From an uncultured Planctomycetales bacterium (GTDB lineage: Bacteria > Omnitrophota > Gorgyraeia > Gygaellales > Profunditerraquicolaceae): a stretch of 64,000 nucleotides of DNA. Every line of letters begins with the position of its first letter. The first letter of the stretch is position 1. The stretch lies in NCBI GenBank assembly GCA_964603585.1, contig CAZRVK010000001.1, positions 133,327-197,326 of the forward strand, given 5' to 3'. Shown here piece after piece: positions 52,589-63,610 of the stretch. Position numbers and translations under genes: made by a program. Under the pieces are notes generated by a model. That model was not told where the DNA came from and searched no databases. It was given only the letters and a program-made list of their open reading frames with translations.

Positions 52589-52996
52589 TTAGGGGCCAGT
52601 ATAGCTATAATTAGCTTCAGCCGTAACTGGGCGTAAATTATTATTGGCGGGGTCCATTGCTCCAATAGTAATTGAAACTGAACTGACTGTGCAAGGGAAA
52701 TCCGGTTCATTCACCTGGGTAGAACCTGCAGGACATGTCCCCAGACAAGTGGGATTAGAATTTCTAAGGCAATAGGAACCTGTGCCCCATTGCCCCAGCC
52801 TTAATTTCTCAAGCGCATAATTAACCCCTGCCATCGCCGCATAATAACCCTGGATACGGCTTACCTGATGGTGGGTAAGGCGGGAATGACTGCGCATAAT
52901 ATTCAAGATCACATTGGCGAATATCACCACTAACAGCAATATGAATAAAGACAAAAATAACACCGCCGCCTTATTTGATTTACAGGGCTTAACCAT
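52589..52996 (-). CDS. PilX N-terminal domain minor pilin-like protein with a Cys-rich C-terminus
   Basis: 135 aa with an N-terminal TM helix, then SHSRLTHHQVSRIQGYYAAMAGVNYALEKL (PilX_N-like). Four Cys in the C-terminal 45 aa. Confidence 0.55.
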   Translation of the reverse strand: MVKPCKSNKAAVLFLSLFILLLVVIFANVILNIMRSHSRLTHHQVSRIQGYYAAMAGVNYALEKLRLGQWGTGSYCLRNSNPTCLGTCPAGSTQVNEPDFPCTVSSVSITIGAMDPANNNLRPVTAEANYSYTGP

Positions 52997-53195
52997 TTTT
53001 TCGTAAGCTTACCTTATAATCATTATCTATCTGCTGCAAAATCACATGCCCTTCACGGGCAAGCCATCCCAGGCTCATTAAAACATTGTCACGCGGCTTA
53101 TCGATACTTTTTACCAGATATGACAACGCAACCTCTCCGCGCTGATCCAGGAAATGCCAGATATCTCCTGCAACGATACCTATCTCGGTGATCAT
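52989..53195 (-). CDS. Small winged-helix protein (DUF2582-like)
   Basis: 68 aa with the LMSLGWLAREGHV motif typical of DUF2582 winged-helix proteins. Overlaps the start of the PilX-like gene. Confidence 0.5.
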   Translation of the reverse strand: MITEIGIVAGDIWHFLDQRGEVALSYLVKSIDKPRDNVLMSLGWLAREGHVILQQIDNDYKVSLRKNG

Positions 53196-53285
53196 TTCAT
53201 TCCTCCAGATTTTCCGGGTTTATCTTTGTGTGATCCCATATGTATTATACCAACGTAAATACTTTGGTCAAATGTTTTTTTAAGA

Positions 53286-53510
53286 TCATGCTTTTTTATT
53301 ATAACTCCCGCAGCGTGGACAAAGCGAAATCACATCCTGTTTTGTATTTATATAGGTATATGAGCAAATTGAGCAAAACCAAATGAATTTATCATCCAAT
53401 GATAGGCCTTTATTCTTCTGCTTTTTCTCAAAGACCCAAGGCAACAACACAGAAGATAAAACGATCAAGGCAAAAACTGCTATTGCGACCGTAAAATCGA
53501 GACTTATCAT
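53286..53510 (-). CDS. Small membrane protein with a C-terminal zinc ribbon
   Basis: 74 aa: one N-terminal TM helix, then CSICS...CPRCGS. Its start overlaps the tonB stop. Confidence 0.45.
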   Translation of the reverse strand: MISLDFTVAIAVFALIVLSSVLLPWVFEKKQKNKGLSLDDKFIWFCSICSYTYINTKQDVISLCPRCGSYNKKA

Positions 53511-54139
53511 TTCTTCAGTTCCAGTTCGATCTTAACACTCTGCCATTTATCTGCGGTAAGCCTGTCTTTTTGCATAGAAAGATAGTGGTAAATATAACGC
53601 ATGCACAAAAGGTCTGCCTCCAAGCTGCCAGAAGATATCTTTCTTCTAAGCATTACCGCGGATGTTTTTCCGGTAGAAACGATCTTATACTCCAATTCGA
53701 CATGCGCTACCTGCCGGTCCTTAAAATACAGGTTGAATTTATAGGGCAGGCTGGGATAAAGCATAACAACCGCCCCCCTCTTTTCTACAGGGACTTGCCC
53801 AGCCTTAACTGGGATTGGAAGAAAAGACTTTTGACCATAAGCGCTCACAGCCACTGCCGGTTTTAATGCACTCCCGGACAAAGGCAAAGTAAAATCTATT
53901 TTTGCCGATACCTTTGGAATAGCCGGATGAGGGATAAAATTATCCTTTGGATCAAACTGTTTCAGATTGGATTTAGCGGACAGATCATCCCGGGTTAAAA
54001 GATCCCCCCAGAAATAAACCCCTGGAGGAACTACGGGAAAGAACTTTTCACCGAAAGAAACACTTAAAACAACGAACAAAAACACGTGGCCGAAAACAGA
54101 GAATAAAAAGCTTCTTTTCGAGATCGCGGTTAAAATCAT
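53507..54139 (-). CDS. tonB: TonB-family energy transducer
   Basis: 210 aa with an N-terminal TM anchor and a TonB C-terminal-like domain (KISSGSLEADLLCMRYI). Downstream of exbB-exbD. Confidence 0.65.
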   Translation of the reverse strand: MILTAISKRSFLFSVFGHVFLFVVLSVSFGEKFFPVVPPGVYFWGDLLTRDDLSAKSNLKQFDPKDNFIPHPAIPKVSAKIDFTLPLSGSALKPAVAVSAYGQKSFLPIPVKAGQVPVEKRGAVVMLYPSLPYKFNLYFKDRQVAHVELEYKIVSTGKTSAVMLRRKISSGSLEADLLCMRYIYHYLSMQKDRLTADKWQSVKIELELKK

Positions 54140-54145
54140 TAAAGG

Positions 54146-54547
54146 TTATTCTTTATTGGTAGCAATGTTAACTTGGCTTACTCCGGATTTCCGGCAAATA
54201 TCCCAGATCTCGACCACCTTGCCCAATGCGGCATCTTTATCGGCCTTAATCAAAACAGCCTGGCGGTTCAAACCCGCTTGATGGATGAGTTTCTTCAATT
54301 CCGGCAAAGGAATAAGAGTGCCCTTAAAATAAATAAAATTCTCACTGGAGACAATCAAGTCGATATCCTGGCGGTCTACGGCCGCACTGGTCACGGTTTT
54401 CGGTAAGTTTACTTTTATCCCCGGAGGGCTGACAAAATTAGCAGTGAACATGAAAAAGATCAACAATAAGAATACCACATCGACTAAAGGGGCGATATCG
54501 AGCGGTTTCAACCCATGCTCCAGATTCAAATGCCTCTTAAAATACAT
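54146..54547 (-). CDS. exbD: ExbD/TolR biopolymer transport protein
   Basis: 133 aa in the ExbD family. Confidence 0.85.
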   Translation of the reverse strand: MYFKRHLNLEHGLKPLDIAPLVDVVFLLLIFFMFTANFVSPPGIKVNLPKTVTSAAVDRQDIDLIVSSENFIYFKGTLIPLPELKKLIHQAGLNRQAVLIKADKDAALGKVVEIWDICRKSGVSQVNIATNKE

Positions 54548-54604
54548 ATTTACCTTATAATAATATGCAAACCGGTTTTTAACAAACAGCCGTGAAAATG
54601 AAAA

Positions 54605-55237
54605 TTATTCGGTAAGGGAATTGACCAGTTCCGAAGAAGCTTTTTCCATCTCCCGAATAAAAGTATTGACTCTGTTTACCAGATAGTTATAGGCCACAAA
54701 TGAAGGAATAGCTACCATTAATCCGGCGACCGTGGTCAATAATGCCTTCCATATCCCCCCGGCTAAATCCCCGGGATAAACCGGTTGAAAAGCCGCTGAT
54801 TTCGCCTGGATAACCTGAAAACAGGTGATCATCCCGGTAACAGTACCTAAAAGCCCAAGAAGAGGAGAAATATGGGCTAAGGTCGCCAAGATCGAAAGGT
54901 TCTTTTCTAAAATAGGCACCTCATGCAAAGAGGCGTCAACTATCGCCTCGGTTATCTGTGCTTTAGGGCGGTCATATTTAAGTATCCCTGCTTTCATTAA
55001 GTTCGAGATCGGCGAAACCGTCTTATCACAGATCTCCAGGGCATCCTTTACCTGATTATGTTTCATCCGCTCTAAGATCTTATTCAAAAAATCCCGGACA
55101 TTTATCTGGACCTTTTGCAAATACAATATTTTCTCGATGATCACCGCCGCAGCCACAACCGAACATAAAAGTATCGGCCACATTAACGGCCCGCCAGCCA
55201 TAAACACCTGCCATAAGCTCATTTTGTAAATATCCAT
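54605..55237 (-). CDS. exbB: ExbB/TolQ/MotA proton channel protein
   Basis: 210 aa with three TM helices. Confidence 0.85.
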   Translation of the reverse strand: MDIYKMSLWQVFMAGGPLMWPILLCSVVAAAVIIEKILYLQKVQINVRDFLNKILERMKHNQVKDALEICDKTVSPISNLMKAGILKYDRPKAQITEAIVDASLHEVPILEKNLSILATLAHISPLLGLLGTVTGMITCFQVIQAKSAAFQPVYPGDLAGGIWKALLTTVAGLMVAIPSFVAYNYLVNRVNTFIREMEKASSELVNSLTE

Positions 55238-55325
55238 GCACCCCTCCTAAATCAAAATATTCTAACGGACCTTAACCACATGACACTTGAGACCTGAAAC
55301 ATTAATACCCTCACACAACCTATTT

Positions 55326-57821
55326 TTACTCTTTTACATTCGCCATTATCCAATCCAACCGTTCCTGGGCAAACTTACTCTCCGTTACATTCATCGCAAT
55401 TACTTTGGCATAAATATTCTTCGCCTCTTTAAAATTCTGTTTATTCTCATAAATCGCACCTACACGTAAAAATGATTTAACCGCAAGCGTGCTGTTTTGC
55501 GCATATAAATACGTGACCTTTAAATACTCCTCTACTGCCTGATCCCATGCCCCTTCTGCCTCACGTGTCTCTGCGATCTTAAATTGGATATTACTCATTT
55601 CATCGGCTGAAGCCAGACCCTGGGTTTTACGATAGAAGGCCACTGCCTCCTCATAATTTCCAGCCTTGCTATAAACCGCTGCCATCTTAGGATAAACTAA
55701 AGTCGCTAAATTAGGATAAGCAGAGATGGTTTGGCGGTATCCTGCAAGCGCATGATCTATCTTATCCTGCAAGGCAAATATATCGGCAATGGCAATAGAT
55801 GCCGTCCCCGCCAGATCAGATTTGCCAAATTCTAAGACCTTGCTGAAATTTTTTATCGCTTCCTCATAATTCGCATCTTCCTCATATGTTGAACCCAAGG
55901 CATAATAAGCGTTAGGAACAAGGCTGGAGTCAGGAAAATCCCGGATCAATGAGGAAAAATACCTTCGTGCCAGGCTTAAATCGTTGTGCCGGTAATAATA
56001 TTCCCCCAGCCACCAAACTACCTCGGAGGTAAGGCTGGAATCAGGGTATTTGGACCTTAGGGAGTTGAATTTCTCCATAGCCTCATTTTCCTGCCCCATG
56101 CGGTATAAACAATCCGCGATCTCATACTCGGCCTTTTGGAGCAGTTCAATATCCTGGCCGTAAAGACGGATAATATTCTTAAAAACCTCAATTGCCTCAT
56201 TGAACTTGCCCAGATTATATAAACTCGTCCCTAAAAGATACATCGCCTGCGGTTTTAAATAACTTTCCTTGAACTCATCCTGGAATTTCTCGAAAACCTC
56301 ACGGCTGGCATTATAATCCTCCCTCTGAAAATAACTCAACCCCAAAGCATAAGAGGCATCATCCAGAAGCTTTGACCCTGGGAAATTACGCCTTAAGGCA
56401 TGGAAACTAACAACAGCGCCTTCATAATTGGCTGATTTAAGCTGGGCCAAACCCAGTTGATACTGAACATAATCGCTGTAGAAGGTATCCGGAAAATTCT
56501 TCAGTATATTATCATAGGCCTCAATGGCTTTTGGGTAATTTGCGGAATCCTGGTAGGCATCGCCGATCTGGCACAAGGCAGAAACCTTAACGATCTTGTC
56601 GTCGCTTTGCTTAACGATCTTCTGGAACTCCTCGATCGCCTCTTTAAATTGAGCCTCCTTTAAATATGCCCAGGCAAGGCCATAATGCAGTTTATCTATG
56701 ATATCCTGCGGTATCTCTTTGCTTATTTTAGGTAATACCTCTCGGTAAACATTGATCGCCTGGGTATAATCGCCGATATTGTAAAGTGCTTCTGCACGCC
56801 CGGTATACGCCTGAACCAGGACCACCGGATCATTTGTTTGAGCTGCTAACTCCTGATATATACCGGAAGCCTCTTTGAATTTCTTGGCCTCCCCCATCAA
56901 TATCGCCTGGCCTAAAGACAAAACATCCCGGCTTGACCGCTCCAAATTATCCGCCTTAACTGCCGCAAAAGCATCTTCTGACTCCTTGTATTTCTTTAAT
57001 TTCAAATATGCCCAGGCAATCCCCAATTTAGAAAGCGCCTGGATCTTCTCATCATGAGTCGCCGAAATCGCCTTTTTATACCCGTCAATTGAATCAGAAA
57101 AATTATCTAAATAGTATTCCGCTTCCGCAAGGTAAAAATAAAGATATGCGGATTTAGATGCCTCCTGATTATAAGTTTGCAGGTAATTCTTCAATCTTTC
57201 CTTAAGCTGTGCATAATCCTTAAGGTTGTAAAGGCATTCCGCACTCTTAAATACCGCCTCTTTTACAAAAGGCTCCTTAGGGAATTTTTCCTCTACCACC
57301 TTAAAATATTCCAGTGCCCTGGTAAAATCCCGCGCCTGGAATAAACACCATCCCAGGGAATAATTCGCCGCCGGCGCATAGGTAGAAGCGGGAAATTCCT
57401 GGACTATCCGGGTATAATAAGCAGCCGCTTTATTGAAATCATTTCCCCGGAAATGGACCTCGGCGATCCAATAAAGCACGGCATCCCGGATATTTGCGGC
57501 CGCCGGCTGATTCAAGAGCCACTCAAACTTAGCCAGCGCATCAAGGAATTTATTCTGATGGAAATAACACTGCCCAATAAAAAGATTTGCTTCCGGGGAG
57601 CGAGCAGAATCCGGGTAAGATTTAAGGAAACGTTCAAAAAGCCCAAGGCTTACATCATAGAAACCATCTTCAAAGGCACGTTTAGCCATGAATATGGCTT
57701 CATCCTCTTTAGAGACGCCGGCATACACACCTTCGGTAAAATTTCCATTTACCAGATTCAGAATAAACCCCAGTAAACACCAGGATAATAACGCGGTTGT
57801 TTTAATATTCTTTGTTCTCAT
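55326..57821 (-). CDS. Large secreted tetratricopeptide-repeat protein
   Basis: 831 aa with a signal peptide and many TPR units (repeated Y/F-x-x-A-x-x-Y-Y patterns). Confidence 0.8.
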   Translation of the reverse strand: MRTKNIKTTALLSWCLLGFILNLVNGNFTEGVYAGVSKEDEAIFMAKRAFEDGFYDVSLGLFERFLKSYPDSARSPEANLFIGQCYFHQNKFLDALAKFEWLLNQPAAANIRDAVLYWIAEVHFRGNDFNKAAAYYTRIVQEFPASTYAPAANYSLGWCLFQARDFTRALEYFKVVEEKFPKEPFVKEAVFKSAECLYNLKDYAQLKERLKNYLQTYNQEASKSAYLYFYLAEAEYYLDNFSDSIDGYKKAISATHDEKIQALSKLGIAWAYLKLKKYKESEDAFAAVKADNLERSSRDVLSLGQAILMGEAKKFKEASGIYQELAAQTNDPVVLVQAYTGRAEALYNIGDYTQAINVYREVLPKISKEIPQDIIDKLHYGLAWAYLKEAQFKEAIEEFQKIVKQSDDKIVKVSALCQIGDAYQDSANYPKAIEAYDNILKNFPDTFYSDYVQYQLGLAQLKSANYEGAVVSFHALRRNFPGSKLLDDASYALGLSYFQREDYNASREVFEKFQDEFKESYLKPQAMYLLGTSLYNLGKFNEAIEVFKNIIRLYGQDIELLQKAEYEIADCLYRMGQENEAMEKFNSLRSKYPDSSLTSEVVWWLGEYYYRHNDLSLARRYFSSLIRDFPDSSLVPNAYYALGSTYEEDANYEEAIKNFSKVLEFGKSDLAGTASIAIADIFALQDKIDHALAGYRQTISAYPNLATLVYPKMAAVYSKAGNYEEAVAFYRKTQGLASADEMSNIQFKIAETREAEGAWDQAVEEYLKVTYLYAQNSTLAVKSFLRVGAIYENKQNFKEAKNIYAKVIAMNVTESKFAQERLDWIMANVKE

Positions 57822-57897
57822 TTTATCAAAGCCTCATTTGGCGAGATATTTCCCGAACGCCTTACACAAAAAGAATCCGCCTTAATATATCACTTCT

Positions 57898-60705
57898 CTA
57901 TTTGGCATTCAACACCTTTCTCAAAAACTCTGCCGTATATGACCTTTTATCCTTGGATAGTTCTTCCGGAGAGCCGCAGTTAACCACCTCTCCCCCTTTA
58001 TCCCCGCCTTCTGGTCCCAGGTCGATAATATAATCACAGCATTTGATAACCTCCAAATTATGTTCGATAACAATAACGGTATTGCCCTTATCTACCAGCT
58101 TCTGAAAAACCTGGATCAGCTTTTCTACATCCGCAAAATGCAGTCCTGTGGTCGGCTCATCCAGTATATACAAGGTCTTTCCGGTAGAACGCTTGCTTAA
58201 TTCCGCAGACAGTTTTATCCTCTGCGCCTCGCCTCCGGACAAAGTGGTGGCAAACTGCCCGAGTTGAATATACCCCAATCCGACATCATATAAATAGGCC
58301 AGGGTATTTCGTATATTGGGGATGTTGGCAAAAAGCTCCCGGGCGTCTTCAACCGTCATCTCCAGGACATCGGCAATGGATCTCCCTTTATACTTAACTT
58401 CCAAAGTAGCATCATTAAAACGCCTGCCTGAACAAACATCGCATTTTACATATACATCGGGCAGGAAATGCATCTCGATCTTTTTGATCCCATCCCCGGT
58501 ACAAACCTCGCACCTGCCGCCTTTAACATTAAAAGAGAATCTTCCCGGTTTATAACCGCGCAGTTTTGATTCCGGCAGTTTACTGAAAATATCCCGGATC
58601 TGGTTAAAAACCCCGGTATAAGTTGCCGGATTCGAACGCGGAGTCCTGCCGATAGGGGACTGATCCACTACAATGACCTTATCTATATGCTCGGCGCCGA
58701 TCAACCGGTCATGGATACCGGGCTTTTCGCGTGATTTATATAACCTCTGGGCAAGGCTCTTATAAAGTATTTCATCGACTAACGTGGATTTGCCGGAACC
58801 GGAAACACCGGTAACGCAGATAAAAACGCCAAAAGGAAATTTTACGTTTATGTTCTTAAGATTATTCTCCCTGGCGCCTTTTATCTCTAAAAACTTGTTA
58901 CCATGATAAAACCGCCTTTTCGACGGAACAGGAATTCCCAGGTTCCCATTCAAATATTTAGCGGTCAAAGAATTCGGGTCTTTTAATAACGCCTCTTTTG
59001 TACCGGCAAAGATAACCTCTCCGCCATGGCGCCCGGCACCCGGGCCGAGGTCCACCACGAAATCCGCGGCACGTATGGTATACTCATCATGTTCGACAAC
59101 GATCAAAGTATTCCCCAGGTCCCTTAAAGTTTCCAGGGTCGCGATAAGTTTGGCATTGTCCCTTTGATGCAGGCCAATACTGGGCTCATCCAAAATATAT
59201 AAAACCCCCACCAGCCCAGAACCTACCTGTGTGGCTAAACGGATCCTTTGCGCCTCCCCTCCGGACAATGTAGAGCTTTTACGATCCAAGGTCAAATAAT
59301 CCAACCCTACATCGATGCAAAACCTTAACTTTTGATTTATCTCTTTTAATGCCTGCGTGCCAATCGCCTTTTCACGTTCAGTTAAAACCAGATTCTCAAA
59401 GAATAACCTGGCATCTTTTATCGACATTTGCGTTACCTGCCAGATATTCTTTCCATTTATTCTGACACTTAAACTTTCTTTTTTAAGGCGGGCCCCAAGG
59501 CATGCCGGACAGGAAAGACTGGACATGAATTTGGAGATCTCGTTTTTCAAGTAATCACTGTCGCTTTGTTTGAACAACCTTTCCAGATGAGGGATTAACC
59601 CCTCAAAAGGCTTGCCGTTCACCTGGATCTCACTGCCATAAAGAATCGCCATCTGGATATCCTTGCGCAGTTTTTTAAAAGGTGCATCCAGATCAAAATC
59701 CATTTTTAAGGACAACTCCTTAAGCAGCCAGCGGTAATAAAGCATATACCCTTTACCGCCGCGTTTCCATGGAGCAATCCCCCCCTGGTTAATGGACTTA
59801 TTCTTATCGGGAATGATCAGATCAGGATCAAATTCAAGTTTTATGCCCAGACCGTTGCATTCCAAGCATGCCCCGTAGGGAGAATTAAAGGAGAATATCC
59901 TCGGCTCGACTTCAGTATAACTTATGCCGCATTTTATGCAGGCGTAGTGTTCGGAAAAAACCAGGTCATTTCCTTTTCTCAAATCCTGGCCGGCCCCAGA
60001 AATAATAACCACCCCATTCCCAACTTTAAGCGCGGTTTCCACAGAATCATTGAGCCGGCTTTTTATTTGCGGAGTTATATGCAGCCGGTCCACTATAACT
60101 TCTATAGTATGGTTTTTATATTTCTCCAGCTTAGGCTTAAAAGGCAGTTCATAAACTTTACCGTCAACGCGGAAACGGACGAACCCGGACTTCTGGATCT
60201 GGGAAAATATCTCATTGAACTGCCCCTTTCTGCCGCTTACCAGAGGAGCTAATATTTGGATTTGCCTGCCTTGCGCCAAAGAGAGTACCCGGGAAACTAT
60301 CTCCTGGGGACTCTGCCTCTCGATAGGGCTGGCGCATTTATAACAAAAAACCCTGCCAATGCGCGCGAACAGAAGCCTTAAATAATCATAAATCTCGGTC
60401 TGGGTTGCTACCGTCGAACGCGGACTGCCTCCGGCATTTCTTTGTTCTATGGCAATTGCCGGGGATAAACCCTCTATATAATCCACATCAGGCTTTTGCA
60501 ACTGGTCAAGGAATTGCCGGGCATAACTGGAAAGGCTTTCCACATACCGGCGCTGGCCTTCGGCATAGATGGTATCAAAAGCAAGGCTTGACTTTCCTGA
60601 ACCGGAAAGCCCAGTCACCACGATCAGCTTATTACGCGGCAACTCCAAATTTATATCTTTTAAGTTATGCTCTTTTGCGCCTTTTATTGTTATATTGTTA
60701 TTCAT
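57898..60705 (-). CDS. uvrA: Excinuclease ABC subunit A. Start trimmed to [16 protein letters not shown].
   Basis: Two ABC ATPase modules ([20 protein letters not shown]) and zinc-finger Cys clusters. Confidence 0.95.
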   Translation of the reverse strand: MNNNITIKGAKEHNLKDINLELPRNKLIVVTGLSGSGKSSLAFDTIYAEGQRRYVESLSSYARQFLDQLQKPDVDYIEGLSPAIAIEQRNAGGSPRSTVATQTEIYDYLRLLFARIGRVFCYKCASPIERQSPQEIVSRVLSLAQGRQIQILAPLVSGRKGQFNEIFSQIQKSGFVRFRVDGKVYELPFKPKLEKYKNHTIEVIVDRLHITPQIKSRLNDSVETALKVGNGVVIISGAGQDLRKGNDLVFSEHYACIKCGISYTEVEPRIFSFNSPYGACLECNGLGIKLEFDPDLIIPDKNKSINQGGIAPWKRGGKGYMLYYRWLLKELSLKMDFDLDAPFKKLRKDIQMAILYGSEIQVNGKPFEGLIPHLERLFKQSDSDYLKNEISKFMSSLSCPACLGARLKKESLSVRINGKNIWQVTQMSIKDARLFFENLVLTEREKAIGTQALKEINQKLRFCIDVGLDYLTLDRKSSTLSGGEAQRIRLATQVGSGLVGVLYILDEPSIGLHQRDNAKLIATLETLRDLGNTLIVVEHDEYTIRAADFVVDLGPGAGRHGGEVIFAGTKEALLKDPNSLTAKYLNGNLGIPVPSKRRFYHGNKFLEIKGARENNLKNINVKFPFGVFICVTGVSGSGKSTLVDEILYKSLAQRLYKSREKPGIHDRLIGAEHIDKVIVVDQSPIGRTPRSNPATYTGVFNQIRDIFSKLPESKLRGYKPGRFSFNVKGGRCEVCTGDGIKKIEMHFLPDVYVKCDVCSGRRFNDATLEVKYKGRSIADVLEMTVEDARELFANIPNIRNTLAYLYDVGLGYIQLGQFATTLSGGEAQRIKLSAELSKRSTGKTLYILDEPTTGLHFADVEKLIQVFQKLVDKGNTVIVIEHNLEVIKCCDYIIDLGPEGGDKGGEVVNCGSPEELSKDKRSYTAEFLRKVLNAK

Positions 60706-60766
60706 CGATATTCCCGAAATTAATTGCTCCCATAAGCTTCTCCGGATCAAGTGGTAAAATATACCC

Positions 60767-62737
60767 TTATTTACCCATTGAAAAATCCTTAAGCCATACC
60801 GCAGAATCAGTCAACATGATACGTTTATTACTATCGACCTTATCCCCGCTTACAACCGGTAATTTCCGGCCCAGGGGCAAATAAAGCACCTCGGCGCAAA
60901 TATTATACCTTTCCTTGTGCATATACCCGGGAAGGAACAGATAGTGGTGTTCTTTAAATACCTTGTTTTCTTTCCATGCCTCAAGAGGAAAAACCCTGTA
61001 GCCGACGACATGGGGCTTATTTAATTTTACCTGGTTATTATTATCCACAAACTCGACAAGTATCCCAAGATTCCCCGGGATATCCTTCAACCGTTTCCAA
61101 TAATAAACCAAGTGCAGGATACTGCCTCCCTGGGAACTTTCCGGGATAAGGTCATACCCTAAGAATATAACCTCTCCATTCAGATCTATATTCAAAGGAT
61201 GGCTGATCAAAGGATGATCCACCTCCTCAAACAGCCTGCGCCGGGATTGAATATCCTTATTGAACAGGATCGTATCATCCGAGCCGGTTAAAACCCCCCA
61301 TTCCCCTTCTTTAAGGAAATTCCTTATATTCCCCGGAGCTTCCGGAGGGAAAAAAAGGTTTAAAATGAACATATCATTAAAATCTATCAGGGCATACTCA
61401 AGGCCCTCCGGCAAATCATATTTCTCGCTACTATACATTTTACGGCCGTCAAAGACAAAGTGCATCGAATAAACATCTTTACGCTGGGAAAGTCTGGGCA
61501 GGAATTTGAAGGTCGAAATAACCGGGGCATCCGGCGGCACTAATCCGGCTATTTTTTGCTGCTCACCGGTAAACTCATCCTTGCCATAAAAAGAAGAATA
61601 TATGTGCAGATTCATCTGCGGAGCGGCTAACAAAAACGCAGAGACAATCACAACCACCAGGAATCCGGTAAAAATCACCCCCCGGATCTTTGACGCCTGC
61701 TGATAATTTAATATTTTTCTGAAGGTATTAACCATCGAGAAGAAAATAAACGGGATGGCCATCGCAAGATAATGATACATAATTGAAAAATGGCTCGGTT
61801 TTAGCGAAAGCAGGTTCTGCATAAAAACCGGCAAGGTGATCAATAAAGATGCCGGGCTAAACAGCGCCAGGAACCCTCCGGGAGCAAAAACCCGGACCAG
61901 ATATATGATCTTAGCCTTGGTAAAAATTGTCCTGGCGATCAACCCCGGCTGGGTAATCAGCGTATGGAACATCTCGAATATATTCCGGCCTAAATGCTCA
62001 TAGTAAATTGCGAACATAAAGCCATCAGGGTAAAGCTGACGGTCTTTTGCAAAATATGGAATAACGACTTTGGTTGCCAGGATAAACCAGCCCGCACCCA
62101 GCGCCATCGGCCATAACACCCATTTGGCGGACCTCCTCCTTAAAAATCCATAAACCCCCAGCATGAAGATCACTAAGCTTACATTCTCTTTGCATAAAAG
62201 AGCCAGGAACACAAATCCGATAAATCCAGCAAACTTCTCTTTTTCAAAGAAATACAAGGCGTAAAAAAGGAAAAAAATAACATACACTTCAAAATGGGTC
62301 TCAAACAAGGCAATATAGCCTATCGTAGGATAAAGTAAATAGGCGAAACTCACCGCCAAGGCAAGACTCCGGCCGATCTTTAACCTGGCCAGTAAATATA
62401 AAGGATATGCCGCTAATCCCAGAAAAATAGTTTGTAAGATCAACAATGTGACCGGATGCTGGAAAACCGCATATATCGGCGCGATCAAAACAGAGACAAG
62501 AAAAAGATGGTAACCGAAAATCACCTGCTGCATAAAAGAATAATAAAACGGCCTGCCATTGACCGTATTCCACATAATGTTTGCCTCACTGGCAAAATCC
62601 CAATCCTGATAGCTAAATGAGGAGTATTGTAAAATAACCAGGTAACTAAAAATAATAATGAATCCCGCGATCAACTCCCAGACTACTCTATCGGCATATT
62701 TCTCGCAGAATGTATCTATCTTAGGCATGCTGCACAC
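60767..62737 (-). CDS. Large polytopic membrane protein, DUF2079-like, possibly a GT-C-fold glycosyltransferase
   Basis: 656 aa with more than 10 TM helices in the N-terminal two thirds, then a soluble C-terminal domain. Confidence 0.5.
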   Translation of the reverse strand: MCSMPKIDTFCEKYADRVVWELIAGFIIIFSYLVILQYSSFSYQDWDFASEANIMWNTVNGRPFYYSFMQQVIFGYHLFLVSVLIAPIYAVFQHPVTLLILQTIFLGLAAYPLYLLARLKIGRSLALAVSFAYLLYPTIGYIALFETHFEVYVIFFLFYALYFFEKEKFAGFIGFVFLALLCKENVSLVIFMLGVYGFLRRRSAKWVLWPMALGAGWFILATKVVIPYFAKDRQLYPDGFMFAIYYEHLGRNIFEMFHTLITQPGLIARTIFTKAKIIYLVRVFAPGGFLALFSPASLLITLPVFMQNLLSLKPSHFSIMYHYLAMAIPFIFFSMVNTFRKILNYQQASKIRGVIFTGFLVVVIVSAFLLAAPQMNLHIYSSFYGKDEFTGEQQKIAGLVPPDAPVISTFKFLPRLSQRKDVYSMHFVFDGRKMYSSEKYDLPEGLEYALIDFNDMFILNLFFPPEAPGNIRNFLKEGEWGVLTGSDDTILFNKDIQSRRRLFEEVDHPLISHPLNIDLNGEVIFLGYDLIPESSQGGSILHLVYYWKRLKDIPGNLGILVEFVDNNNQVKLNKPHVVGYRVFPLEAWKENKVFKEHHYLFLPGYMHKERYNICAEVLYLPLGRKLPVVSGDKVDSNKRIMLTDSAVWLKDFSMGK

Positions 62738-63587
62738 TGTTCCCTTTCATTTTTCTTGCTATGACTAACATTTCATTTACCGGGATTCTCACGATCAGTT
62801 TATTCAACCCGGTTTTTTCCAGGCAAGAACTGCAAAACCTGGCATCACCAAAACAAAACTCTTCCACACGCTTGACAATATCATCTAAGGTATAATACCG
62901 CCAGTAAGAACTTACACTCTCAACCTCAAAGCCAGCCATATTAAGCAGTTTACCAAGGGTCTTCCTGGAAAAATAGAACATATGTTCCGGAGGTTTGTAG
63001 CTAAAACATTTTAAAAAACGCACCGGGGCAAATATATCCAAAGTAGTTATAATAAGCCTGGCATCACTTTTTGTGATCCGGTTTATTTCCTTAAGCTCGG
63101 CTAAAGGATCGATCAAATGCTCCACCACTCCCAATAAAGATACCAGGTCAAAATAATCATCATTGAACTTGCAATCTTTCAACTCCTGATTTGCAACATT
63201 TATCCCCAAAATATCCATGGCGTATTTATAGCCTTGCGCCGATATCTCGGTGCCGTAAACATTCCACCCTTTTTTCCTGGCCTCATCAAGAAACAACCCA
63301 TAACCGCAGCCAATATCAAGCAGGTTACCGCAGGCGTTCTTAGATATCATTTTCGCCAAAGAGGAAAAATTAAGCCGGTGGATATGCTCATCCTCGAGAT
63401 AATCCCTAAAACCGATCCCGTCCCTTTTCCGCCTGTTAAAATAGCCGTCTGAATAGAACTCTTTGAGGTCTTCGATCTTTATTGTACCTTGGGCATAGAT
63501 CAATCCGCAATTACTGCACCTTGTGATCTTATACCCGTTCTTAACCGAAAGAACTCTTTCTTTTTTCTGGCTACAACAGATACACAT
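62721..63587 (-). CDS. Class I SAM-dependent methyltransferase with an N-terminal zinc-ribbon
   Basis: CxxC...CxxC zinc ribbon at the N-terminus, then SAM-binding motif I LLDIGCGYGLF. Confidence 0.75.
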   Translation of the reverse strand: MCICCSQKKERVLSVKNGYKITRCSNCGLIYAQGTIKIEDLKEFYSDGYFNRRKRDGIGFRDYLEDEHIHRLNFSSLAKMISKNACGNLLDIGCGYGLFLDEARKKGWNVYGTEISAQGYKYAMDILGINVANQELKDCKFNDDYFDLVSLLGVVEHLIDPLAELKEINRITKSDARLIITTLDIFAPVRFLKCFSYKPPEHMFYFSRKTLGKLLNMAGFEVESVSSYWRYYTLDDIVKRVEEFCFGDARFCSSCLEKTGLNKLIVRIPVNEMLVIARKMKGNSVQHA

Positions 63588-63610
63588 TCCCCCCCCAGAT
63601 CCTCAAAAGG

